The position numbers and the translations under genes were made by a program. Below are positions 29,005 through 42,300 of a stretch of 64,000 nucleotides of DNA, one piece after another. Source of the DNA: Spirogloea muscicola (taxonomy: Eukaryota); NCBI GenBank assembly GCA_009602725.1, contig WELB01000007.1:7032-71031 (forward strand), read 5' to 3'. A model generated the notes under the pieces. The model did not search any database and was not told where the DNA came from. It was given only the letters and a program-made list of their open reading frames with translations. Each line of letters starts with the position of its first letter. Positions within the stretch are counted from its first letter, which is position 1.

Positions 29005-29395
29005 GGTGGGCTTCGCCCCCCCACCCCCCACCCTTCAAAAGGGACCTCCTACGCGCGTCGCGTCGGGGATTGGCTCTCCCGCTTTTTCCTTATTGATCTC
29101 CCCGCTGGGTGAGGAAGGTGAGCATGAATCAACAGTGCAAGTCAATTCCAAGCACTGCTCAGGCAAGAGGCGTGTGCCAAGAACGTGGGCTGATGAAGCT
29201 CTGCAAGAAAGGCGATGCACGTAGCTGCTTTCAAGGGGGCCACGGCTCTGAAATTCTGCAGTCCTTTTTCCTTTTGTGGTTTCTTTTCCTTTTTCATTCC
29301 TCTTTGTGGGCGCGCTTTAACAGCACTAGCCCCCTTCTCCTAGCCCCCTTGCTAGCTAGCCCTTCTCGAAGAGCTGCTTGTCTTCTGTCTTTCTG

Positions 29396-29515
29396 AAAAG
29401 GCCGGCCCGAAAAGCAACCCCGCTGCGGGAGAGCGGCGCCAGCCGATTGGGGGATCGAACCGCCCCCCCGGCTGCGCGGCGCCGCTTCGCCCAGCTGGGC
29501 CGTGTCGGGTGGCTG
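29396..29515 (-). other. tRNA-like Pol III element (SINE head or tRNA pseudogene)
   Basis: Minus strand: A-box-like CGGCCCAGCTGG (29502-29491), B-box GGTTCGATCCC (29461-29451), downstream TTTT runs (29413-29410, 29399-29396); no intact cloverleaf. Confidence 0.4.
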
Positions 29516-29984
29516 TCCGTCCAAGTCGGGATCGATGGCGCAGGAGCGACCACCGTGCCAGTTGGAGACCCAGGAGCACGATGTTGCGGCCGTCCGATCG
29601 GGCAGGCTCCGGAAGGGGGCCAGTCAAAGCGGGGGAAGGAAAAGGGGGGACCCCAGGCGAGCCACACAAGCCACAGGCTCATATCCGTGGGGATCTGTGT
29701 TTTCCAGGGCGCTCGGCAGGCCGCTGGCGAAGCGTGTGGAGCCCCGCCAGCTCCCAGCGCAGGACGTGGGGATCTCGCGCGGATGACAGCATGATTCCGT
29801 CTGGATCTCACCCACAGGCTCCAGGGAAACGGCAACAACACGAGAGCGCAAAACCGCTTAGCACGACCAGGACGCGTTGCGGATCTCGAGCAAGTGGCTG
29901 TGACGGCCGGTCTGACGGGCTGACGGAGATGAGGAGGCCAATCGAGTGCCCACTTCTGTGGATGAACTCTTCATCTCTCTCAAT

Positions 29985-31720
29985 TCAAGCCAATGTATTG
30001 GCTTGAATTGGCCTCCCTTTCAATTCATGCGCCCCGCGCGCCTTCTCTCTCGGAGTGCCACTTCTTTCTGGGCTTCTCTTTTGAATAAAAAATTCGAGTT
30101 GGAGCAGCTCTGCGGCTCGGCAAGGTCAAAGCCGTGGGCGGCAGGCGGGTTGAGCCCGACATGTGCAGGAGAAAACACTGCCTCTTCACAAAAGGAAAGA
30201 AAGTGGCTCTCCCAATGAAAACAAGGGCTGTGAAAAGCCAGCCCGAAAAGAATTGACAAAGGTTCGAAGGGGCCAGATGATGGAGGAGCCTAAAAGCGCT
30301 ATGTCAGAACGGGTGTAGAGTGGGCCTTCACAAAAGCAGAAGGCAGAAAGATACAAGCACTTTCAAAGCAAGGCAATGGCTTTGAGCGGCAGCATATATG
30401 ACGCGAGCAGGTTATAGGTCCAATGGAAAGGCCAAAAAGCCGTCAAGGCACCAACAGTACCGGCCTTGGCTAGTCCCTGTCTGATAACAGTTGCAGTACT
30501 GCTCAGATAGGAGGGTCCATTTGCAGCTGGGACTCATGTGGCGGTCAGGTGGCCAGTGAGCTCGGTGCAGATTGAGCACTTGTAGCCACACGGGCTGCGC
30601 TCTGCCCTTCACCGTCTACATCTGGATGGGTGACCCAACAGAGTGGCTGCTTTCACGTACCAATGAGAGCAACACATGAAAGCTTCTCTGCTGATTAGTA
30701 CCTATCTTAGGTCATGTGTGCGCGGCCCAAGGGCTTCTAGGCGTCTACGCTCTTTTCGCTTTGGTTGTGAGCACTGCTATTGTCCACTTTTTTAACCTGC
30801 TGCCAACAGCACATTCCTGCTTCTTTGCATAAGGCTGATGCTGAGCCTCTGCTGTTCATGCGAAGATTTTGGCAGCGGCGTCACATATTCCCACTTATAC
30901 AAGCCCAGCCTCGGTTGTTGGACAAATTCTGAAAGAACTCCTTGCAGGGCTGCAAAGGTCGGCTGTTGGGCTACCCGAGAATGAGCTGAGTTTGCAGCGG
31001 CTGCCAAATGCCAGCCAGGGAAGTATGAAAAAGATTGGTACAAGAAAACGAAGAGCTCCTAGCGACGAAGCTCGCACTTGTTGAGAGCTAGCGTGGGATC
31101 AGCTGCGTCAGCAATGGCTAGCTAGTTGTGGGTGGGTCAAGGCAGCTTAGCAAGTTGTGGGTGGGTCAAGGCAGCAGCTGAGGAGGTTTAGGCAACACAT
31201 GAAAATTAGTGGCCGTTACTCACTCGTTGAGATAGACTGCATTCCTGTTTTGGCCTTTATCCCTGAATTATTTGCCTGACCTTTCGCAGCCATCGCCCCT
31301 TCCAGAGCTGCTTCAAGAACTTCTTCATAAAATGAGGGCCACCACAGTGATTACACGGGTTCATAGAGAATGATGAGTTGAATTGGATGTAATTGGACTG
31401 TTGCGGGCCCAAGAGATGGACAAGTAATACCTGTCTAAGGACGCTTTCAGAGAGCGACGGAAGTAATCGTCAGCACTCTTTGATGTATGTGTTCAATGGC
31501 CATAGGAGGAGAAGTATCTCCTATGGAGAAGGCGATGACTGTGAGAGGGCAGCCCAAAAACTAATGGCATAGCACTGGAATGCACTGGGTGCTGGGCGCT
31601 CTTGGCCCCTTTGGACCTTGCCAATATCTTTAAGGGCTGGGTGTTCTTCTTGGGTGTTCACAGCCCTTGCCCCTTTGCCTTCGCTCTTTCCTTGGAGAGC
31701 CACTTTCTACTGGGCGGGTT
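29985..31720. repeat. Repeat-rich intergenic zone with further modules of the palindromic-motif family
   Basis: 29990-30050 shared module; motifs at ~30226, 31280, 31536, 31634; ~29-bp tandem duplication at ~31128-31176. Confidence 0.65.
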
Positions 31721-31794
31721 CTCACGAAGTACCCTGCCTTGGACCACTTCCCACATCTCTCTTCCCACACCTCTGTCATGCTATACACCAGAGA

Positions 31795-31986
31795 GCTGGT
31801 CGGGCCTAAGCTAGCAGCACAAGAGCTTGTAAATTGCCGTCCGGTATTCGGGCATCAGTTAGCGACCTCTATGTGCTGACTCGTCGTTACTGAGCGGGTC
31901 AGCTTAGCAGCAGGTGATGTACATCTGTCAATGTGCTTGCCTTTGCACTTGGCACACAGGCCTTCCATCACTTAATGCACACTCCA
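31795..31986 (+). repeat. Two-copy hairpin-bearing element, copy A
   Basis: Aligns with 47320-47663 (GCTTGT..TTGCCGT.CGG.ATTCGGGCATCAGTTAGCG...GCTGACTCG...CGGGTCAGCTTAGC...ATCTGTCAATGTGCTTGCCTTTG). Confidence 0.85.
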
Positions 31987-32030
31987 CTTCGAATACAAGT
32001 GCCGACAGGTACCTTCCATGCCCATGGCTT

Positions 32031-32106
32031 GCCACGTTGGTGCCACGGTGACGACTAAAAGTGTGTGAAAGAAGAGCGCAGCACGTGAGGGCATCGCCAC
32101 GTGGCG
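32031..32106. promoter_or_regulatory. G-box/ABRE-like cluster upstream of the plastid thioredoxin
   Basis: GCCACGTT 32031, CACGTG 32082-32087, perfect palindrome CGCCACGTGGCG 32095-32106. Confidence 0.35.
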
Positions 32107-32321
32107 GCTCGATGTCGGATCAGGGAGGTGGATATACTTTATGCACTTGGCTGGCTTTTACAGCCGCATTTAATATCAGTACTTATTAATTTAGTATCCA
32201 AATACCACCAGGCACATTCTTCAGCGATCACGTCCAGGCCAGGATCAGCCCGGCGACGACGGCGCCGGCAGCGGCGGCGGCGGCGGCGGCGGCGCTTGCG
32301 GCGGCGCTTGCGGCGGAGGCG

Positions 32322-32493
32322 NNNNNNNNNNNNNNNNNNNNNNNNNNNNNNNNNNNNNNNNNNNNNNNNNNNNNNNNNNNNNNNNNNNNNNNNNNNNNNN
32401 NNNNNNNNNNNNNNNNNNNNNNNNNNNNNNNNNNNNNNNNNNNNNNNNNNNNNNNNNNNNNNNNNNNNNNNNNNNNNNNNNNNNNNNNNNNNN
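32322..32493. other. Assembly gap probably hiding the thioredoxin start codon
   Basis: N-run flanked by (GGC)n tracts. Confidence 1.
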
Positions 32494-32813
32494 GCCGCCT
32501 GCGGCGGCGGTGGCGAGTCTCTCCGCGGGCGACGCGGTTCCTCGCCCGCAGCCATCGCTGCGCCTCGCACGCGCCGGCAGCGAGCTCCGGAGCCGCGGCG
32601 GTCTGGCCCCTCCCGGCGCGCGGTCGTGGAGGCCGTCTGGGGCGGCGGCGGCGGCGGCGGCGGCCTCGGCAGCGATGCGAAGCCCGCGGGCCTCAAGCTG
32701 CCGGCGACGATGCAGCCGCTGATGAGCGAGGCCGACCTCGACCGCACGCTCACCGAGGCTCAGGCGGTCGGCGACTTCGTCATCATCGAATGGTCGGGAC
32801 CCCGTTACTGGGC

Positions 32814-32844
<31 letters not shown>

Positions 32845-33956
32845 GTTATCCTTCCGTTAAATCTAATTGAGTCTGCTAATGTAGCAGACTGCCGGACGCG
32901 GCATCCCGTTACCGTCACCATGGCGGATCAGGGCTTTAGGGTTAGGGTTTAGAAGCCCCCCCCCCTCCCCCGGCCCCTTGGCCTTGGTGCTCGTGCTATC
33001 CATGGCGGCGGCGGTCTGAAGCGGCTCGGCCGGCGGCGCTGGCCGGCAGGATGGCGCAGTGGTGCCGCAAGTGCATCTACCTCAAGCCCAAGCTGGAGAA
33101 GATGGCCGTCGACTACCCCAAGTGAGCCAGCTCTCAATCCCTCCTCCCTACTCCAGAAATCTTACCGTCCTCAGTGCATGGTTAGCAAGTTGCGTACCGA
33201 ATTCTCAGAGCCCAGGATGCCGTCCCCTCACCTCGGCGCGTCGGCTGCCCTGCCACGGCTGCACGCAGCATCCGCTTCTGCGTCGTGGATGTTAATGCCG
33301 TGCCTCAGGCGCTCGTCAAGCGCTGTCAGATTACGGTGCGTTTCCTGCCCGATACACCTTCCACTACCTTACTTCTCCACCACCTTCGGCTGTTAGCCAA
33401 GGAAGAATGGCATGTGTTGGTCAGCGGAGCCATATGCAGACCCGAGCAATAACTCCTCCGCTGCTTATGGCCGGCTCGACCCCTGCTAGTTGGCACCGCC
33501 GCACAAGCTGCTTATGCATGAACAGCTTCGCCGCAAGTGCCACGACTGAGCCCCTCGGCATGCTGGCGCCCTATCATGCATTGCTGGCGCTGGATCCAAT
33601 TGCTGCATGCTCAGAAGATGCCCACCATCCAGGTAAAGCGTTGCAGACCCATTTTTCATGCTCACCTTTTGCTTACTCCCCTCCTCTCTACTCTCCTCCC
33701 GCTCTTCTGCGCTGACCTGCCACAGCTTGCTTAGAAAGAGGGCATGTGGAAAAAGGACAGCGAGGAAGGTGGAGATTGCACAAATAGAAGGCTGGACATG
33801 GTCAGCTTGACTGCAGCTTGAGTTGCCGTCTGTGCGCAGCTGTGGCGGGATGGCAAATGGGACGCGGAGGTCATTGGTGGCCACAAGCCCTGGATGGTGC
33901 TGGACGAGATCAAAGAGATGATAGCCACGAGCCGCAATCGGGCCGTTGTATCATAA
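32494..33956 (+). CDS. WCRKC: Chloroplast WCRKC-type thioredoxin-like protein, 5 visible exons, 5' end in gap
   Basis: Arg/Ser/Ala-rich transit-peptide-like region; [54 protein letters not shown] (18-nt exon 33615-33632)|[28 protein letters not shown]...TAA 33954-33956. Confidence 0.93.
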
Positions 33957-34599
33957 GACCGCCACCGTCCCGAGTCACCATCATCCCACCAGCTCTACCA
34001 GCATTGGTGGCGTTTGCTTGTGCCTGCTTGCAAGTTCTTGCGCCTAGCTTACCAGCGCTTCTGCTCTCCCAGCCGCCTGCCTGGCTTGCGCAGCTACTTG
34101 ATACACCTTCCTCGGCCTGCTCAATATCTCCCAAGCCCTATTCACTTAAAGGCTGCACCATTCAATACAACTGCCTATGTCGATTGGATGCTTCAATGAC
34201 TGGCCTAGGTGCACTATGCTACAGTGCACTATGCTATAATGACAGCCTGCGTGACTGTGATTCTTGTCTGATACATTGATTTTACATGCAGTCATATAAG
34301 AAAGTCATCGGGGAGGGTGATGAAGGCACCAGGTCTGCTTGTGAACTTCAGCATGGAGGAGCAACTTTGAAGACGGGGCAGCTGTGTAAGGTCTTTAGCT
34401 GCCATGTATGGTTGGAAGTGCTCTTGTGAGACGAGGCGGCTGGCAGGTAAGGACAGCTCTCTTGGTGAGTGCCAGGGGATGCCCAAGTGGCCTGCCCAGC
34501 GCCCGGCTGCACAGGTCGCCGTGGGGAAATAGCGCGTACTGACGAAGCCATCTCAATGTAGCCCGCCACGTGATTGCGCAAAAGGCCGGGAACGACAAA

Positions 34600-35350
34600 A
34601 CAAGGTAGAAAGTGGCTTTCAAAAGGGGTTAGGGCTGTACTAACACGAAAGAAAGAAAGTGGCTCTCCCAAAGAGAGAGAAGGCGCGTGGTGTGCATGCA
34701 TTGGAAGCGTGGCCAATTCAATCCAATACACTAGTCAGACAGAATACTGCAAAGAAATGGGGGCCTTGTCGACCCGTCCCATGTCCGCTTCTGGAGTTGC
34801 TAGAGAAGTGGAAATGGGGCAAGGCTGTGAACAGCCAGCCCGAAAAGACTCGACAAGGCCCGAAGGGCCCGAAAGGTAGAGCCTACTTGGTCTTCTTGAG
34901 GCTTGCCGGACCAGTGCGGTCACCGCACTGGGGAAATGCTGCGCGTGGCGTCGGGCTGCTGTAGCCAAGGGCTTCTTCTTTTCTTCTTGTCTTTTTTTCT
35001 GGGCTGGCCACTCACAGCCATCGCCCTCTACTGGAAGCGTCTATTTTGTTCTACTGGAAGCGTCTCTATCTTTCTCCCTTACTTCTTGCAGGATGCTCAT
35101 CACAGCCGCCCTTTGACATCAGCTGCCTCTCTGGCCCATTCAGACGTGTATTCTTTTTCAGACCAGTGGCCACATTGAGTCGCCGTGTGCTTTAGCGCTT
35201 GTCTGGCCCTTCGAGCTTTGTTCCTTCTTTTTCCCATGAGCTGGCCGATACAGCCATCGCCCTCTACTGGTAGAGTCTTTCTTCTCCTTTCAGACCTTGT
35301 TCATTCCATTTGAGCTGGCCTCTCACAGCCACTACCTTACATTTGAAACG
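34600..35350. repeat. Cluster of palindromic-motif repeat family
   Basis: Shared module in reverse at 34670-34745; motifs at 34823 (-), 35001, 35238, 35312 (+). Confidence 0.7.
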
Positions 35351-36379
35351 CTGTTTTCAGACAATCGCAGCTGTGCACAAATTGCGTCAGATGAGGAGGC
35401 GGAACGAGGCCGACGACTACTCCCCCAGAGGCTGCTCTGTGACAGTGACCAGCTGGCGGCGCTAACCAGCTCGCCTGAGTGCTCGTGCCTTAGGAGCGAT
35501 TTATGCATTTGGAAATCAAGTTGGCCCATTGTACAGCAGCAGCCGGCAGGCACTGACACAGTGTCATTCACTCAGCTGCAACAAGTGCAAACGGACATGC
35601 CGAAAGCCAGTCAGCTCACTCCGCTTCTTGCGTGGCTCTTAGGGTGGGCAGTGTGACCATGGCTCTAGACTGGGAAGGTGGGCCAATGCCTTTGAACCAG
35701 GATGGGCAAGTGCAAGTGTTCAGGTTGCGTCACTGCCTGGCGCTGTCGGGTTGGTGTCGCTTCAGCGTAAGCGCAATGTTGTGGTGTCACTAGCCTCGGA
35801 ATCATGCAGTTGTGGTGACTCCAAGCCGGCTAGCAAGTACGGATTCTCTCCAGCGAATTAGTACAGTGCTCAGTGCATGCTTTGGAGGGTGCAACACAAC
35901 ATCAGCCAGCAACTATCTGAGTTGCAAATAATTATATGGCCGTTTCAACGGGGATTACATGAAAAGCCTCGGCCATGCATGGCACGTCAGACAACGTCCA
36001 CATCTGACCCCATCAGGCTTCTCTGTCCGTTCTCAACAATGTCTACGATTAGTATCTGATGAATGACTTTGAAGAAGGTAGGCACATGTAGGCACCAGAG
36101 GAGCTATATATTTCTGTTACTGCTGTGCTCTAAGCTAGATAGCAAGCCATCTCACAGCCACACAGCAGTGGCACCCAGAGCGTTCACCCACCGTGGAATG
36201 CGGCAGCCAAACTGCAATCTCTGCTCCAATGGCCAAAAATTCCTGGAGACTGGTGCAGTCACCAAGAAGCTGGCAGCCCATTCTTGCCAAGCAGCCACTA
36301 TAGGATGGACTGGAGCTACTATAAGAATACCGTGGTCACAGCAGTCAAGACTCCAGTCATGATCTTGTGTCATTCGATG

Positions 36380-39300
36380 CTATGTCTGGCGATTATGGCG
36401 CAGGTATCGAAGAGCAAGGTATGAAGCAATACGGAAGAAGACTGAGAATAGGGCAAGCGCCATCATGTCTAGGCCAATCTGGCTGTGCTTCAGCGATCTG
36501 CTTGCGCTGATAGTGTCCCACACAAACACATTCCTGCACATGCAGACCACAGATGAGAGTTGTATACAGCTGCAAAGGTGGGGAGAAATGAGTTGAGGTT
36601 GAAACATGGTCATATGGTCTAGATTATTTCTGCTAGGATGCAGGTCTAGGCAACTTAATAGAAGCAAGACACTAGAGAACACACAGGCTTCCTGAGGTCC
36701 TTCCAGGCTTGCACCAACCAGTTGTGCTTGGGATTCAAGTGTACCTGGTGTCATGCAGCCGCGGACATGTGCACATGGGGCAGGCTGCTGGATTGATTGC
36801 ACACATTATATTCTGGCCTCCATCCTTGCACTGCACAAGATAATATAACTGTAGATTACAGCGTGCTTTCTTTGCATGCTCTACGGTTGCGTGCTCTGAA
36901 GGGCAATGATCGAGCACAAGAAGTCTGCTGACTCATGTTAAAGGCATGGACCTGCAAGTAGGCAATTCCCTTACAGTCTTACTTCTTCGATGAGTATGAG
37001 CTGATGCAAAGCTGAATGTGGCATTCCGCAGGATCAATTAATTGCACGCTAAGCATGAAGATGGTCCTAGGGATGATGCAATACCAGAGGGCCATTAGTG
37101 TTGCAGAAGAAGACGAGGCTGGTGAGCGCGTTCAGAGCATATTGCAGCGGATTGGACCAGAACAGCCAGATGTAGGGGTCCACAACCTTCCGCTTGACCA
37201 CAACATACCCATTGCTTGGCACCCACAGAGAACTGAGGATGGGGATGACAATCAACGCCAGCTGCCAGCAGCAAGGAAGATTGTTATATGGTCGTCACAA
37301 CGCTACCAGATCAATACCGATGATGTGAAACTTGTAACAATTGCTGAGATCAAGAAGAGGGGATGAGTTTTCCAACTTACGGCAGGTTTAGGCATGACTG
37401 TGGAGAGGAACATGCCCAGGAACGTGATTGCAAGGACAAATTCGAACAATATGAACCAGAACTGGAAGAATTGTCCAACATCTGCTGTTGCAACTCCAGA
37501 CATGCCGCAGAATATGCCCGAGTAGATCAATGTCATTACCATTAAGTAAGGTATCTGCACATTGTCATCAGTCAGCCATTATTGCATCTTACTAGGCAGT
37601 GACAAAAGCTCTACACCTGAATGAGGAGTTATCAGAGAGCAGGGGTTATGCAAAAAGTTACCTGTAAAGCATCAAGTGTCAGTTCCTACGCCCTGATGAG
37701 ATAATCGCACTACATACGTGGCACAAGCATGGCATGCACGAGCTTGAAGAGTGTTCAAACCTCGGCCAGGGCCCATGAAAGGCCATAGAAGAACACATGG
37801 TATTGACTGGTAGCTAGCTCACGCTTGAAGCCGGGGTCCGCAGCCGCGAGCTGTGGCACAATGTTCATGGCGTTCGATATGGCAAGAAGGATGCAGCTGG
37901 CAAATAGTGAGCCTGCGCGTGCGTTCATGCCGGGCGTGCTTTCGTAGTTTTCCTGCCAGTATGTTGAGCCTAGCAGGAGCCCAAGGACGACTGCAGAACT
38001 CAACCGCCCAAAGCTGTAGTTCAAATTTCGCCAGTACTGCAGCTGCATCCTGTAAGAATACAATTGCTGCCAGAAGGTTAGGCATACTTGCTCTGCTTGA
38101 AATGGCTTTGTTGACAAGCATGCCTGACAAGGTGGAATTTCTGTTTGCTTTTGGAAGATGCAAATATGAATCACAAAATGAGTTTTTAATGAAGATTATT
38201 GTGCTGCTTCGCTGTCATGATCAGAAATTCCATGATGACATGCAAGAGGCAACAGCCACTGCAGCTCGCCTGATATGCAATATGCGGCATGAATCTCTTC
38301 ACTTCAGGACCATGAGCAGCTCTGAGGGGCAGTTTCTGACATCAGATTCATTCACCTTGTAATTAACGTGACGGCTTGAGTGGTCAAGGAGCTCGCTTTG
38401 CCGCTGGTTGTGAGCTGCGGCCCAATCTTGCCCTTAGCCTGTCTGATTCTATCCAATTCAATATCATTGTTGACACAAAGAAGACTGTTCTTGTATTCGA
38501 AGGCATAATTTCTTGAGAACATCTTGCCACTGTTGCCGTCACCAATGAGGTCTATCACATACTGGAGGGGGTGTACACCTGGTAAACACGGAGGTGTTCC
38601 TGGTATAGAACAAAAATAAGCCTGCAACCAGTGAAGGAATGAATACATTGCATCATCCTACAGACTGCATCACAGTAATTGACATCCCAAGGTGTTGTGA
38701 GATAGGGTGCATCACAGTCTCAGATCACGGCTCACAAAGTTCAACTGCATACAGACAGCTGTTGAAAGCATCATCAAGGGTGTAGAATGTGGTGACCTTC
38801 ATCTCAGCGGTGTCTGCCGACAGTGGTCCAAAATAAACCATCTCACCACCATTCTTCAGGATCAGAGCATTTGTAAACAGCGTCTTTTTTCGATTGCTGG
38901 GTATGTCAGAAGCTGTCATGATGACACCCCTTCTTGTCCGAGTTATGTTCTGAGAGCAGAATTTGAAAAGGATCTGATCAGGATAACTTTCTGCAACATT
39001 TGGAGGAGTGATTGCTCTCTCTTATGATAAAGTCAACCGCTTTGCTTGCTGGCAGCTCTACAAGGTAACATTCTTTATATAGATTCCCAACATATTGACA
39101 CAACGGGACTAAGATTACCGGCTGCAAGATCCACTCGTCCTCACCTTCAACGTTTCTATGAGTTTGAGGGCTGATCGAGAATCGACACCGCTGAGCGGCT
39201 CGTCTAAAAAGAGCATGCTGGGGTTGGCAGACAGCTCAATAGCAGTGCAGAGGCGCTTTGATGATTCAGCTGCAACTGAACTGGGGCCGCTGAGCGATAG

Positions 39301-42300
39301 TACGAGGCGTTTAGCTGCGAAGGTGAGTCCCATCACCTCCAAGACCTGCATGCACAACAGTCAAAAGGCCTAACAGTTGCTGTTCACGCAGTGGGTGTCA
39401 CAACAAACTGTGGCTGCATTGCATTGAGAATTGACAGTAACTCAAGGGCTTTGATCTGAGCATGGCCAGCAAGCGAGCATTCCCCTGTCTGACCATATTT
39501 GCCACTATGTTCATTGCGGTTGGCAGATGGCTGACAAGCTGGGCAGGAATACTTCAGAAAATTCATTGTCACAGTCCAGGCTCTGAAGAGCTGTCCGATT
39601 CGCATGTTCAAGTGAGAGGCCATTACGTTGCACAATATATCCGGAAAGTGTTGTCTCTGATGGCCAAGTCTTACCTCGTCGACAAACTGTACTTGCTGTT
39701 CTTTGGTGATGGTCTTTCCCATGCGTAGAGCTGCCGAGAAGAGGCACGCTTCTCGAACAGTCACAAATGGGGAGTAGGCATTACTGCGGTCGACATACGC
39801 CATGACCCTTGAGAATGTTGCTTGATTTTTGGGATAGCCGTTGACCAATATCTTGCCTGTGATGTTGTGCGGAGAGACATATCGTCCTGCGTGACAGAGC
39901 TCATTTGCATGTTCTAGTGTGACGATAGTGCAATTCTCGATGTCAGGGTCACCTTGCATCATGCTTTCATGTAATCATGCTGATACAGCCCCATGTATCT
40001 GAATCTTTGCAACCCTACAATTATTGTTGACGGATACTGACTCGATGCAAGCACTGGAGCAACTCACCAGCCAAGCAGTTGAGGAGGGTAGACTTTCCAA
40101 CGCCACTGGCTCCAAGTAATAGCAGAATCTCGCCTGGTTTTGTCCACCCTGAAATGTCCTCGAGTATACGACGCGACTGGCCAATCTGGGGATTGAAGAG
40201 CTCGTAACCAAGATTGTGCCAGCTGAGTGTTATGGGTACAAGAAGTTCGTCCAATAGGCTGCTGCTCTTCATGGATAGCTCTTGCTCCCCAGCCTGACCT
40301 TTCATGCCTGGACCTAGCTCTTCGTCAATCTCATCATCAATTTCGTTGTCTTTCGAAGGTTCCTGGACAGACAAGTGAACAGTCCAGAAGGCACTGATTT
40401 GCTTATGAGCATTGGACATTCAAAAGTGAAGCGTGACACAGAGAGAGAATCACACTACCAAGCGACCAGGTAGGACTTGCACGTGATTGGCAGCTAGATG
40501 CTTCACCTGTAATGTGCGCAGTACCACCTCGTCTATCAGATGTTTTGGACAGCATAGAAATAAGGGAAAGATGGCCTACAAGCACGGCATTTTTGTCAAT
40601 CATACCGAGGTCTTCTTAGGAGGGCCCAGCCCTTCACGGGGAAGAGGTACATGCCGCACTTTGGTCAATGCCCACAGCGAGAGGAGGTTGAAGACAGCAA
40701 ACCACGCCAGCAACACAACGAAGCCGACAGCAATCCAGCCGTAGTTGACCAAGAACTGATTCTTGGCCAGCCATGCCCGTCCAATAGGCTCGTCCAGCCT
40801 TCCAATGCACTGCCAACGATTGCTTGCATGCAAGGAAGTCAGGTCCAATAGCACCAATTTCGACATCAAGTGGCTATCCTGAAATTTTGTGACAAGTGGT
40901 AGTCATACAGGCGAGGAAGCACGTGCCACACAGAGAAGCGGGGCCCCAGCTTTAAGACATTGACAAATCAAATCTGAAGTACCTGTGGAACCAAGGCAAG
41001 GCTAACATCTCGGCAGTACTGGTTGCTGTAAGTTGACGAGCGAAATTCATTGATCAGGAAGGACGTGATGGCCCACTGTAAGGGCGAGAGGTAGTACATC
41101 CATATCCAGTAGTGTGGTATTTTGAATCTTGGAACGAGGAATCCGGCAAACAATAAGAAGAGGGCAATGATGATTCCTGCAGTAGCAAGGGCAAATTTAT
41201 GGGAAAGGTGCAGTATGTACGATCAAAAGCACGTACTTTACTTACTGTTTATGACAAGATGCTGTATCTCAGACACTACATGTTTGTTAATCTTTGACAT
41301 CATGATGTACACAGGACTCAAGGAACTGTACCTGAAACTGCACTTGCTGCATCAGGCGTTGGTGCCCAGTTGCCAAGGAAGCGGACCATAGAGGAAGCCT
41401 GAATAGAACGTGCCCCAAATTAGTAAAAGCTCTGCTCCATGCAAGCTCGGGCCGGAGGGCTGAGTGAGACATCAGATGAGGAATCTTGCCTACTCCTTTG
41501 TGAGTCGCCTAACCGGCTGATGTACATCTACAATAGCTGTGACAGAAGACTGCACAGAGAGAAGGATCTGCAGGCACTGCCCACTTCGATGCCCCATCGA
41601 TGAGTTGCAGAGACTTCCGACTTCCTGCACCAGCTCTGCTCCAAGGATTACATCGTTTGCAGTGATCCTGGAGGACATGAGTCTCTTACCCATAAAATGT
41701 TGCAAGTGAAAAGGGCCCAGTAGACGAAGAAATGCCACCCTCCACTTGAAAGAGTCAAGCCTCCAATGAAGTAAACCAAGATAGACCAGATTGTTGCCTG
41801 CAGCCAAGCTTTGTTGTCATATCAGCCCTGGACATGCATTGACTTCATAATGTGGTGCTGGACCTCATTCTTGAGACTATCTGCTATATGTAAAGATATG
41901 GCAATTGATAAGAGGCATGAAGTGCTACTAGAACCTGCAGAAGTGACATTTTACAAGGAGAAGCTCATGACTGTTGAATGGCTGCAACAAGCTTCACAGG
42001 ACCTGGAGACTTGCCTCAGTGAAGGAAAAAGGGAACTGGCTGAAAATCTGAGCAAGAAGGTAAGATGCAGGGCGATAGAAGCGGGCACCCTGCTGCTTGT
42101 AGAAGATAGCTCGGTCTTCCAGGATAAGTGGCAGGTGGCCCAGGTTGATCAGCGTTGTTGTCATCACGGATGAGAATCCGATGCCTCTTCGTAGATTCAT
42201 ATCGAGCTGGTTGGCATCCTGCTTGAGCTGAAAGAAGAAGGTGCCTACAAAGAGTCCAAGGACCACGATCTGCATGCACGCAGGTAGCCCGCACATATCA

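Noticed and set aside
28452..29224. ORFs spanning the N-run (also at 32101-32952 and 58627-60759)
   Set aside because: Artefacts of translating through assembly gaps
30800..30832. LPTAHSCF, resembling the HECT catalytic motif
   Set aside because: Stop follows after two more codons and there is no upstream HECT-like sequence; likely chance
31836..31865. CTGATG plus stem on the minus strand as a hammerhead ribozyme
   Set aside because: Lacks the CUGANGA/GAAA core
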